Shown: positions 35,201 through 47,100 of the stretch, in pieces
Numbering within the stretch: the stretch's first letter is position 1
Layout of the letters: each line of letters opens with the position of its first letter
Source: Rebecca billardiae RCC1528
Lineage: Eukaryota > Protista > Haptophyta
Reading direction: 5' to 3'
DNA: 64,000 nt
Assembly: GCA_965240325.2 (NCBI GenBank)
Contig: OZ251226.1
Span: 2,108,001 to 2,172,000, forward strand
Position numbers and translations under genes: made by a program
The notes under the pieces: model-generated
Told to the model about the DNA's origin: nothing
Database searches by the model: none
The model's input: only the letters and a program-made list of their open reading frames with translations

Positions 35201-38200
35201 GCCCCGCCCAGCGGCGCGCGGTGATGAGCGCGCAGTAGCGGTGCGCGGTGAACGACTTGGCGCGCAGCGCCATCGCCAGCTCCAGCGCCGTCACGCCGCA
35301 CACCGGCTGCTTGAGCACCGCCTCCGCGACGTGGAACACCGTCCGTTTGTCGCTCGGCGCTGGCCGCACGTGTTCTAACAGATCGAGCGCCGTGCGCGAC
35401 CAGTGCTCGGCGATGCGCTCGAGCTCGGCGCGGTGCTTCCGCCCCTGCGCCGACGCGGCCAGCCGGTTCGCGATCTCCGCCGCGAGCAGCGCCAGCCGCA
35501 GGTGCTGCTTGCTGAAGCGCCACAGCACCTCGGCCAGCAGCTCGTCACCCATCAGGACCGACCAATAAAAAACGTCCTCTAGCCGGCAGCGCAGCGGCGG
35601 CGCGCGCGCGTGCGCGAGCGGCTGGCGCGCGGCGTGCGCGCGCGGGGCGGAGCTCGCGAGGAGCGCGAACGGGGCGGGCTTGGGCGCCGCCGACGCCGGC
35701 GGCGTCACCGCGCCCGCGGGCGTCGTCGAGAGCTCCGAGGCCGAGCCGCCGTGGCCAGAGCCGTGGCCGGACGAAGGCCCGTGCGCGAGCGGCGGCAACG
35801 GGTGCGGGTCACCAGCGCCGACAGCCCCGCCGCCGTTGAGCGCGGAGGGCGGGTGCGGCGCGGCGCCGTTGAGCGCGGAGAGGCGCACGAGCCTGCCCGC
35901 GCCGCCGCCCGCGCCGCCGTCGCGCCCGCCCGCGCCGCCGCTCGAGAAGAAGTCCATCTGGTGGTGCTCGGGCGAGAGCCACTCGTCGATGAAGTGCGCA
36001 AAGTGGCCGCCCGCGCGGAGCATCCACGCCTCGGCCGCGCGCAGCGCCTCGCCCTCCTCCGGCAGCGGGATGCTGAGCCCGGAGCGCAGCGCGCGGCGGA
36101 TCTCGACGGGCGCGACGCCGGCAAACGCCGCGCTCGGCACCTCCGCCCCCGCCGCGCCGCCCTTGGGGGGCCCACCGCCGGCGGCGGCCGCCGCGGCCGC
36201 GGCCGCCGCGGCCGCGGAGCGGTGCGCCTCGATCTCGAGATTGAGCGAGTGCACCACCTTGCCCTGCAGCGAGGCGAAGGCGCGGAAGCGGTTCTTCTCG
36301 GCGAGCATGTACAGCCGGGAGAGCGCGATGCGGCGCACGTCCGCGCCGCCCGCGAGCAGCGTCGACACCACCTCCGCACGCTGCAGCTCGAGCGCGAGCT
36401 GCAGCGCCGCCGCCATCGACTCGCGCTTGCGCCGGACGAGCGCGCGCCCGGCCGCGCCCTCGCCGTGCAGCCCGCCGCTGCGCGCCGAGTCGGCGGGCGG
36501 CGCGGCGGCGCCGTCGAGGCCGGGCGCGGCGCGCCGCCCCTTCGACGCGGCGTGCGCGTGCGCCGACGGCCGCGCGAGCAGCTTCGCCACCATCTCCGGG
36601 TGGTCCCACTTGACGGCGAGCTCGAGCAGCCGCAGCGTCGGCAGCGCCGGGTCCCGTGCAACCGCGGACAGGATGGAGCGAGAGATGTCGGTCGTCGAGT
36701 CCGCCTCGAGCTCGAAGACCTCGATGAGCTCGCGCCGCGTGTGCAGCGTGCGCAGTCGGCCGAGCGCCGTCGCCGACGAGAAGTTCGCGCGGATCGAGTC
36801 GTCCGCGCGCAGCAGCAGACGCTCGAGCTTGGTGAGGTGGTGGAGCGCCCGCTCGAGCGCGTTGCGCGCAGTGCGCACGACCGCCTTGCGGCCGGCGAGC
36901 AGCGCGGCCGAGCCGGCCGGCGTGGAGGCGACGTCCGCCTCGGCGCGCGCGAGCGCCGCCTGCGCCGCGGACACCGCCTCCGCCGCCTGCTCGATCTCCT
37001 CCTCCTCGTGCTTCTCGCGCGTGAGGAAGTCCCGGATCGCGCTCGCCGCGCCGAGCGAGTCGCCCACCACGACCACCGGCATGTTGCGCTCGACCGCAAA
37101 CACGACCGTCTGCAGCGTGTTCGGCCCGCCCTGCACGACGAGCAGCACGGCGGGGACGTGCACCTCGCTCCCGCTGCCGCCGACGCCGGCGGCGCCGCCC
37201 GCCGCCGCGCCGCCCTCGCCCTCGCCCGCGCCCTCGCCCGCGCTCGAGGCGAACGAGGACAGGTCACGCCGAGGCGGCGCGAGCGGCGGCGCGGCGACCG
37301 AGCCGCGCCGCTCGGCGCGCTGCGCCTCGGCCTGCTCCTTCACCCGCCGCGCGTACGCGAGCTGCACGTCGAGGCCCAGCTCGATCTCCCCGCCCCACGC
37401 GCGCGCGCCCGCGTGCCCCGTGTCCATCAGCAGGAAGTGCGTGTGGTGCGGCTCGAGCGCCGCCTGCGCGGGCGTGTTCAGCGCCTCGGTGTACACGTAG
37501 TCGACCGTGAGCGACTCGGCGCGCGAGCCGGGGGCGGCGGCGGCGGCGTGGCGCGCGCGCCGACGCGCGGGCGAGCCGCGCGCCCCGCGGCCCGCCTCGT
37601 GCTCCTCGCCCTCGGCGGCGCTGTGCGGCGTGTCCGAGCCGCCGCCGTCGCGCGCGCGCGAGCCGTCGCCGGCCGCGCCCTCGCCCTCGTCGCTGTCGAG
37701 CACGTCGTCGTCGTCGTCGTCGTCATCGTCGGACGAGTCGTCCGAGTCGGCGGCACGCGAGAGCTTGGGCGCGGTGGGCGCGAGTTGGCGCAGCTTGCGC
37801 TCGATCTGCGTGCGGCCCACCACGTTGCCGAAGACGGACGTGCCGATCAGCGGGATGTCGGGGTGCGCGGCGAGCGCGTGGCCGACGTGCTTCATCACGC
37901 CCGACGCCATGCCACCCGTGAACACCCACGCGTTGGTGATCTGCGCGGCGCGCACGAGGCCCTCGCGGAAGACGCGCTGCACGCGTGGCAGCATCTTGAA
38001 GTCCTGCGCGCCGCCCGTCACCGAGATGAGCATGGTGGGCTTGCCGAAGATGTCGTCGACCATCCACGAGTCGTCGAGCATCCGCGCGAGCCGGTCGGCC
38101 ATCGCGAGCTTGAGCGGCTCATCGGCACCGTGCAGGTGGACGCGCGCCACCTTGGACGGCTCGCGCAGCTCGCCGCTCGAGCGGACCGCGGCGAACCGCA

Positions 38201-38258
38201 GGTTGCACTCGTGCAGGCGCACGTCCAGCCCCCCGCCCGCGCCCGATCGGTCCTTCAT
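32261..38258 (-). CDS. TRPM2: TRPM2-like cation channel with C-terminal NUDT9-homology (ADP-ribose pyrophosphatase-like) domain. Exons 38258-34296, 34164-33166, 33022-32261
   Basis: MHR1/2 motifs LISVTGGAQDF, NAWVFTGG..GVMKHVG and LEPHHTHFLL. Pore WALFGDF, S6 LLLNLLIAMM, TRP helix EWQY. NUDT9-H motifs PLNPRGRTG..GRGLLGKWGPNHAADP, WAIPGGMV and YVDDPRNTDNAWMET. Spliced length ~1,907 aa. Confidence 0.9.
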
Positions 38259-38634
38259 GCTGGCCCTTTCAAAGAGATATATGATCTAGCTGCAGAATGA
38301 TGTCAAGAACTCTAGCTATTTCTTTGACCACGTCGTTAATATGTCTCCGTACTCGAAAGGCCAATTTTTTCAAAGGTGGGTAATGTTTTTGGACTCATTC
38401 TATGATTTAACGACACAGGTAGGACGACGCGGGTCTCCTGATTCGTCGGCGGCAGTGCCCGATCGTCGACACGAAGTCGGCGTTGGTGGCAGAGCATAGC
38501 CTGCACCGCGATCGGATTGCTTGAGCGCGGCCTTGAGCTGCTGGAGCGCGATCCACCTGCGCTGCGCGGCTCGCATGGCCCTGCTGTGCCCCGAGCGAGG
38601 GCGATGGTGCAGGTCCGGATGTCAGCTGGCAGTC

Positions 38635-39393
38635 TCAGCCGCTGGTAGCAGCTGGTCGTACCTGCCCCGTGCTCCCCGGGCGGTCGCGTACGCGCTTGCC
38701 GCTCGAGCCAGCTGGCTGGCTGGCGGCGGCTGGCGCTGCGGCGTCGTCCAGGGTGCGCTTCGTCCGCTGCTGCGGCAGCTCCTCGTCGTCCAAGTCGTCG
38801 CCCGGGGGCGAGTCTCGGTCCTCGTGGAGCGGGGCAGCAGGGACTGGCGTGGGTGCAGCGGTCGGTGCCAGGCGCGCCGCCTTGCGCGCCTGGCGTTCCT
38901 TGACGGCGCGGCGCGTCGAGGAGCGACGGCTCGATGGAGAACGAATCCGTCGGCCCTCGGCGTCGCGCCGTTGCCCGCGCTTCCCACGCCGGGGCTTCTT
39001 CTTCCGCTTCTGAGAGTGCTGCTGCTCGTCGTTCGCCTGCAGCGCCTCAGCGTCCGAGCCCTGCGCGGCGGGCGGGCGCACCGGCGAGGCCGGCGTGCGC
39101 GCTGCGTGCTGGGCGGTCCGCGGGGGAGCAGTAGGAGGCACGCCACGACCTCCCTTGCGCCGCCGGCGGGGGCCGGCGGTTTTTCCCTGTGGAGAAGCAG
39201 GGCCAGCCTCCTGCGTGGCCGTCCTGGCGATGGAGTGCGTCAGCCGCGTGCCATCCGCAAGCGTGATGGTCCACCAGCGCGAGAGGCCATCCGCGGCGGT
39301 GCGCTTCGATCCGTCACACAGTGCGCGGTCGGAGAAGCGCAGCTCGCCGGGGAAAGTCCCCTCGGGCTCGGTGTTCGTGGCGACGCTGGGCAT
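38635..39393 (-). CDS. Hypothetical basic low-complexity protein (may splice to a further exon near 38580)
   Basis: 252-aa ORF with ATG and K/R clusters (KRKKKPRRGKR). No recognisable domain. Confidence 0.35.
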   Translation of the reverse strand: MPSVATNTEPEGTFPGELRFSDRALCDGSKRTAADGLSRWWTITLADGTRLTHSIARTATQEAGPASPQGKTAGPRRRRKGGRGVPPTAPPRTAQHAARTPASPVRPPAAQGSDAEALQANDEQQHSQKRKKKPRRGKRGQRRDAEGRRIRSPSSRRSSTRRAVKERQARKAARLAPTAAPTPVPAAPLHEDRDSPPGDDLDDEELPQQRTKRTLDDAAAPAAASQPAGSSGKRVRDRPGSTGQVRPAATSG

Positions 39394-39745
39394 CCTCGGT
39401 CTACGTGGCCATGCTGGGAGTCATCAAGCGCGCATAAGTCGAAAGTCGGGCCGCCCGCCGGCCGCCGCCGCCGCCGCCGGGTGGACCAAGGGCGTAAACT
39501 TTATAGCCGGACTCACACCAACTTCTATGAAAGTAACGTAAATAATTAAGCATATGCCGTTACACTCGTATCATGATATGCGGGTCCGGACGGAACATCT
39601 CAACTTTCATGTGATATCTCGTCATCGATCTCGCTCATAAGCGCTCACAGCGTGGGCCGAGTGGCGCCTGCGCCGGCAAGGCGCCGGTCCAAGTTGAAAG
39701 TGGCCTCGAACTCCCGATCTTGACCGACGACGACGGTCGACCTCG

Positions 39746-39809
39746 GAGGCCACTCCACCGAAATCGAGCCCGTCCAGGGCTTCGGCCGCCCACTGGCGTC
39801 CAGGGCTTA
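39746..39809. repeat. Left arm of perfect 64-bp inverted repeat
   Basis: GAGGCCACTCCACCGAAATCGAGCCCGTCCAGGGCTTCGGCCGCCCACTGGCGTCCAGGGCTTA; exact reverse complement at 40889-40952. Confidence 0.9.
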
Positions 39810-40888
39810 GCCCTGGACGCGCCGAGCGCGTCCAGGGCTCCGCTCGCCAGCGCGAGATAGTATTGAGCTCATAGGCGATGCCGCCGCGCCGCGTGCGCGC
39901 GCTCCGTCTCGCGCTGGCTGCGGCCGCGAGCGCGTGCGGCGAGCCGTCGCGTGCGGTCGCGCACCGGCGCTGAGGTATGGCGTGCCCATCCGTGCCCTTG
40001 GCTCGTGCCCGCGCGCCCTCCTCCGCCGCTGCGGGGCGCGCGTGTGGTCGCGCCGCCTCGCTCGCTGGGCGCACCGAAAGCGCGAGCGCGCAACGAGTCA
40101 CCTGTGGCGTGTCGGACCCAGCGCGTGCGCGCCTGGCGTGTGGTTTGTGTTTGACATGGCCCTGGTCACGCGCGGCGCCGGCCGTGCCCAGCGTCTGACC
40201 GCGCGCAACGCGCATAGTACTGGTGGTTCCGGCTAGGGTCGAGCTGACCCCTCGGGGCTCGGCGGCACCCAGCCACTCGTAGGCGGTCGCGATGGGTCGA
40301 CGCGTCGGATGGGCGGCGGCTACACACCATGCTGGTCGCGCACTGCCGCGTGCAGGGCGGTTGCACGGTGACAAGTGCCCCCGCGATCGTGCCGCGCTCG
40401 GGTACGAACAGGAGCGGTATGTTGCATGCGTGCCGCCGGCAGGTGGCGAGCTGGGGCGTGCTGGTCGGTGTGGCTGACGGGCGCGCTCGCGCGCGTGGCA
40501 TGAGCGAGCGCGCCGCCGCCCAAGCGTGCCGCCCACGCCGCGCGCCGCGCGCCGCGCGCCGCGCGGCCTACGTCGCGTCGGCGCTCACGCGGCCGGCAGC
40601 TCCGGACGGCAGCGTGACTGGTCCGAGTGGCTGTCGTGTGCCAGCTGCAGAGCTGGTCCTTACTAGTACGCGAAATGGGCGGCGGGTGACGAGGTTGATA
40701 GCCACGGCCTTGCGTCTGTGGGCGTCCGCATGCCGCGTGTCTTCTCGTACCCTGAAGTACGTCATTGCCAACGGATTCTGCGGTGATATCAGCACAGCGG
40801 GCTGACTGACGTCCGCGGCAAACCCTTGGCGCAGGCTCGGGTAGATGACTATGAAGATGGCCGGTCGCAAGACACGTGAACAGTACAG

Positions 40889-40952
40889 TAAGCCCTGGAC
40901 GCCAGTGGGCGGCCGAAGCCCTGGACGGGCTCGATTTCGGTGGAGTGGCCTC
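40889..40952. repeat. Right arm of perfect 64-bp inverted repeat, about 200 bp upstream of the giant receptor ATG
   Basis: Exact reverse complement of 39746-39809. Confidence 0.9.
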
Positions 40953-41152
40953 GGTCGCTCCCCTCGGTCGCTCGACCACTCCGAACCCGCGTGCTGCCGT
41001 GCTCGGAAAGGCGCGAGATCAAGTACGTGCGCTTTTCGCGACGGGCCGCCGAGCTGCGCTGCGAACGCTCGACGACGCTGGCCCGGCCCGGCGAGCTTCG
41101 GGCGCACACGTCGTGGACGCGCCCTCACGTGTCGAGCAGGACGCCGGTCTCG

Positions 41153-44100
41153 ATGCGAGCAGCTCGCCCCGCACCACTCGCTCGGCGCGCCTGCCACCGG
41201 GCGCGCTGCGCGCTCCTGCTCTCGCTTGTCGCCTTCACGCAGCTACCCGCAGCATCAGCCGTCATTCCGGATCCGGTGCTGAGCGAGCAGAAGATCTCGT
41301 CGACGACCGGCGGCCTGAGCGCGACGCTGGCGAACCACAGCCGCTTCGGCTGGCGAGTGAAGCCCCTCGGCGACTTTGACGGCGACGGCGTCCAAGACCT
41401 GATCGTCGGCGCGCCGCCAGACACGCCGGCGGGCGGCACGGCCGGCGGCGCGGCGTACCTGCTGTACATGAAGAGCGACGGCACGGTGAAGGACGAGCGC
41501 GAGCTCACCCTCGGCGGCGCCATCCAGCTCGGCCACGGCGTCGGCACGCTCGGCGACGTGGACGGCGACAACGTGACCGACGTGATGCTCGGAGACGTTT
41601 GGCAGAGCGACGGCGGCCAGTTCCGCTCGGGCGCTGCGTACGTCGTGTTCCTCACTGCCGGCGGCACGGTCAAGGGCTCGCAGAAGATCTCGAACACCGC
41701 GGGCGGGCTGACGACCTTCCTGACCGGCAACAGCTTCTTCGGCTCGGACGTGGCCGGTCTGGGCGACCTCGACGGCGACGGCGTGCCCGACGCGCTCGTG
41801 GGGGCGCGCGCCGCCAACCGCGCGTTCACGCTCCTGCTGAACGCGGACGGCACCGTGAAGGCGGAGGTGGAGCACACGGGCATTGACAACTTTGGGATGG
41901 GCGTCGCGCCGCTGGGCGACCTCGACGGCGACGGTGTGATGGACGTGATCATCGGCGCGTCGCGCGACGACGACTCTGGCGGGAACGCGGGCGCGGCGTT
42001 CGTGCTCTTCCTCAACTCGAACGGCACGGTGCGGTTTTCGCAGAAGATCTCCGAGCTCGAGGGCGGCGGCCCGCCGCTGGACGGTAGTGACAACTTTGGC
42101 ACGAGCGTGGGCGGTCACGGCGTCGACGTGGACGGCGACGGCGTGCCGGACGCGATCGTGGGCGCGCCGTCGATCGACGGTGATCAGGAAGGCACCGTGT
42201 ACCTGCTCTTCCTGCGCACCGACGGCACGGTCCGGCACTACGACACGATCGCGAGCGGCGTGGGCGGCTTCTCCTCCGGGCTGGTCGACGGCCACGCGTT
42301 TGGGCGGGGCGTGGCGCTGCTCGCCAACTTCTCGGGCGACGGGCGCACGTACGCCGCGGCGGGCGCGCCGTTGGACGACGATCCTGGCACCGACGCGGGC
42401 GCGCTGTACATGATCGAGCTCTCGGGGTCCACGCCGCCGCCGCCCAGCCCGCCGCCCAGCCCGCCGCCCAGCCCGCCGCCCAGCCCGCCGCCAGACCCGC
42501 CGGCCGGGGTGCCGCCTGCTGCGCCAGCTGGTGCGCCGACCCCGCCGCCCAGCCCGCCGCCCAGCCCGCCGCCCAGCCCGCCGCCCAGCCCGCCGCCCAG
42601 CCCGCCGCCCAGCCCGCCGCCCAGCCCGCCGCCCAGCCCGCCGCCGAGGCCGCCGCCCCCGCCGAGCCCGCCGCCCTCACCACCGACCCCGCCCAGCCCG
42701 CCCTCGCCGCCGCCCGAGACGGTGCTGTCCACGCAGAAGATCTCGCCGACGGCCGGCGGCCTGAGCGCGACGCTGGCGAACCACAGCCGCTTCGGCTGGC
42801 GAGTGAAGCCCCTCGGCGACTTTGACGGCGACGGCGTCCAAGACCTGATCGTCGGCGCGCCGCCAGACACGCCGGCGGGCGGCACGGCCGGCGGCGCGGC
42901 GTACCTGCTGTACATGAAGAGCGACGGCACGGTGAAGGACGAGCGCGAGCTCACCCTCGGCGGCGCCATCCAGCTCGGCCACGGCGTCGGCACGCTCGGC
43001 GACGTGGACGGCGACAACGTGACCGACGTGATGCTCGGAGACGTTTGGCAGAGCGACGGCGGCCAGTTCCGCTCGGGCGCTGCGTACGTCGTGTTCCTCA
43101 CTGCCGGCGGCACGGTCAAGGGCTCGCAGAAGATCTCGAACACCGCGGGCGGGCTGACGACCTTCCTGACCGGCAACAGCTTCTTCGGCTCGGACGTGGC
43201 CGGTCTGGGCGACCTCGACGGCGACGGCGTGCCCGACGCGCTCGTGGGGGCGCGCGCCGCCAACCGCGCGTTCACGCTCCTGCTGAACGCGGACGGCACC
43301 GTGAAGGCGGAGGTGGAGCACACGGGCATTGACAACTTTGGGATGGGCGTCGCGCCGCTGGGCGACCTCGACGGCGACGGTGTGATGGACGTGATCATCG
43401 GCGCGTCGCGCGACGACGACTCTGGCGGGAACGCGGGCGCGGCGTTCGTGCTCTTCCTCAACTCGAACGGCACGGTGCGGTTTTCGCAGAAGATCTCCGA
43501 GCTCGAGGGCGGCGGCCCGCCGCTGGACGGTAGTGACAACTTTGGCACGAGCGTGGGCGGTCACGGCGTCGACGTGGACGGCGACGGCGTGCCGGACGCG
43601 ATCGTGGGCGCGCCGTCGATCGACGGTGATCAGGAAGGCACCGTGTACCTGCTCTTCCTGCGCACCGACGGCACGGTCCGGCACTACGACACGATCGCGA
43701 GCGGCGTGGGCGGCTTCTCCTCCGGGCTGGTCGACGGCCACGCGTTTGGGCGGGGCGTGGCGCTGCTCGCCAACTTCTCGGGCGACGGGCGCACGTACGC
43801 CGCGGCGGGCGCGCCGTTGGACGACGATCCTGGCACCGACGCGGGCGCGCTGTACATGCTCGAGCTCTCGGGGTCCACGCCGCCGCCGCCCAGCCCGCCG
43901 CCCAGCCCGCCGCCCAGCCCGCCGCCCAGCCCGCCGCCAGACCCGCCGGCCGGGGTGCCGCCTGCTGCGCCAGCTGGTGCGCCGACCCCGCCGCCCAGCC
44001 CGCCGCCCAGCCCGCCGCCCAGCCCGCCGCCCAGCCCGCCGCCCAGCCCGCCGCCCAGCCCGCCGCCCAGCCCGCCGCCCAGCCCGCCGCCCAGCCCGCC

Positions 44101-47100
44101 GCCCAGCCCGCCGCCAGACCCGCCGGCCGGGGTGCCGCCTGCTGCGCCAGCTGGTGCGCCGACCCCGCCGCCCAGCCCGCCGCCCAGCCCGCCGCCCAGC
44201 CCGCCGCCCAGCCCGCCGCCCAGCCCGCCGCCCAGCCCGCCGCCCAGCCCGCCGCCCAGCCCGCCGCCCAGCCCGCCGCCCAGCCCGCCGCCCAGCCCGC
44301 CGCCCAGCCCGCCGCCCAGCCCGCCGCCCAGCCCGCCGCCAGACCCGCCGGCCGGGGTGCCGCCTGCTGCGCCAGCTGGTGCGCCGACCCCGCCGCCCAG
44401 CCCGCCGCCCAGCCCGCCGCCCAGCCCGCCGCCCAGCCCGCCGCCCAGCCCGCCGCCCAGCCCGCCGCCCAGCCCGCCGCCCAGCCCGCCGCCCAGCCCG
44501 CCGCCGAGGCCGCCGCCCCCGCCGAGCCCGCCGCCCTCACCACCGACCCCGCCCAGCCCGCCCTCGCCGCCGCCCGAGACGGTGCTGTCCACGCAGAAGA
44601 TCTCGCCGACGGCCGGCGGCCTGAGCGCGACGCTGACGAACCACAGCCGCTTCGGCTGGCGAGTGAAGCCCCTCGGCGACTTTGACGGCGACGGCGTCCA
44701 AGACCTGATAGTGGGCGCGCCGCCAGACACGCCGGCGGGCGGCACGGCCGGCGGCGCGGCGTACCTGCTGTACATGAAGAGCGACGGCACGGTGAAGGAC
44801 GAGCGCGAGCTCACCATCGGCGGCACCATCCAGCTCGGCCACGGCGTCGGCACGCTCGGCGACGTGGACGGCGACAACGTGACCGACGTGATGCTCGGAG
44901 ACACTTGGCCGAGCGACGGCGGCGAGTTCCGCGCGGGCGCTGCGCACGTCGTGTTCCTCACCGCGGGCGGCACGGTCAAGGGCTCGCAGAAGATCTCCAA
45001 CACCGCGGGCGGGCTGACGACCTTCCTGACCGGCAACGGCTTCTTCGGCTCGGACGTGGCCGGTCTGGGCGACCTCGACGGCGACGGCGTGCCCGACGCG
45101 CTCGTGGGGGCGCGCGGTGACGGCCGCGCGTTCACGCTCCTGCTGAACGCGGACGGCACCGTGAAGGCGGAGGTGCTGCACGAGAGTTCGACGTTTGGTC
45201 TCTTGTGGAACTGGGGCTTTGGGATGGGCGTCGCGCCGTTGGGCGACCTCGACGGCGACGGCGTGGTTGACGCGATGGTGGGCGCGTTCCGCGACGGCAG
45301 CGCTGGCAGCAACGCGGGCGCGGCGTTTGTGCTCTTCCTCAACTCGAACGGCACGGTGCGCACGTTCCAGAAGATCGGAGAGGGTGTTGGAGGTGGCCCA
45401 CCGCTGGATCCCAGTGACGTCTTTGGCACGAGCGTGGGCGGTCACGGCGTCGACGTGGACGGCGACGGCGTGCCGGACGCGATCGTGGGCTCGCCGCAGC
45501 AAAATGGCGGCACGGCGTATCTGCTCTTCATGCGCACCGACGGCACGGTCCGGCACTACGAGCCGATCGCGAGCGGCGTGGGCGGCTTCCCGTCCGGGCT
45601 GGTCGACGGCGACCGCTTTGGCGAGGGCGTGGCGCTGATCGCCAACTTCAGCGGGGACGGGCGCACGTACGCCGCGGTGGGCGCGCCTTACGACGACGAT
45701 CCTGGCACCGACGTGGGCGCGCTGTGGATGCTCGAGCTCTCGGGGTACACGCCGCCCATGCCGAGCCCGCCGCCCAGCCCGCCGCCGAGCCCGCCGCCCA
45801 GCCCGCCGCCTAGCCCGCCGCCGAGCCCGCCGCCGCCGAGCCCGCCGCCCAGCCCGCCGCCGAGCCCGCCGCCCAGCCCGCCGCCTAGCCCGCCGCCTAG
45901 CCCGCCGCCGCCGAGCCCGCCGCCCAGCCCGCCCTCGCCGCCGCCCGAGACGGTGCTGTCCACGCAGAAGATCTCGCCGACGTCCGGCGGCCTGAGCGCG
46001 ACGCTCGCGAACAGCAGCGCATTCGGCTGGCGAATCGCGCCCCTCGGCGACTTTGACGGCGACGGCGTCCAGGACCTGATCGTCGGCGCGCCGTCGCTCA
46101 TCACTTCCGATGGCGCGGCGTGGCTGCTGTACATGAAGAGCGACGGCACGGTGAAGGACGAGCGCGAGCTCACCATCGGCGGCACCGACGAGCTCGGCCA
46201 CGGCGTGACAGCTCTCGGCGACGTGGACGGCGACAACGTGACCGACGTGATGCTCGGAGACATCTGGGACAACGACGGCATCCAGTTCCGCGCGGGCGCT
46301 GCGTACGTCGTGTTCCTCACCGCGGGCGGCACGGTCAAGGGCTCGCAGAAGATCTCGAACACCGCGGGCGGGCTGACGACCTTCCTGACCGGCAACAGCT
46401 TCTTCGGCTCGGACGTGGCCGGTCTGGGCGACCTCGACGGCGACGGCGTGCCCGACGCGCTCGTGGGGGCGCGCGGCGCCAACCGCGCGTTCACGCTCCT
46501 GCTCAACGCGGACGGCACCGTGAAGGCGGAGGTGGAGCACACGGGCAATGACAACTTTGGGATGGGCATCGCGCCGCTCGGCGACCTGGACGGCGACGGT
46601 GTGATGGACGTGATCATCGGCGCGTCGCGCGACACCGACTCTGGCTTCAACGCGGGCGCGGCGTTCGTGCTCTTCCTCAACACGGACGGCACGGCACGGT
46701 TTTCGCAGAAGATCTCCGAGCTCGAGGGCGGCGGCCCGCCGTTGGACATTAATGCCAACTTTGGCACGAGCGTGGGCGGCCACGGCGTCGACGTGGACGG
46801 CGACGGCGTGCCGGACGCGATCGTGGGCGCGCCGTCGATCGACGGTGATGAGGAAGGCACTGTGTACCTGCTCTTCCTGCGCACCGACGGCACGGTCCGG
46901 CACTACGAGCCGATCGCGAGCGGCGTGGGCGGCTTCTCCTCCGGGCTGGTCGACGGCGACGCGTTTGGGCGGGGCGTGGCGCTGCTCGCCAACTTCTCGG
47001 GCGACGGGCGCACGTACGCCGCGGCGGGCGCGCCGTTGGACGACGATCCTGGCACCGACGCGGGCGCGCTGTACATGCTCGAGCTCTCGGGGTCCACGCC

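Noticed and set aside
38262-38362. AT-rich patch with weak inverted ends (GGCCCTTTCAA...TCGAAAGGCC) right at the TRPM start
   Set aside because: The inverted similarity is too short and imperfect, with no TSD, to call a MITE.
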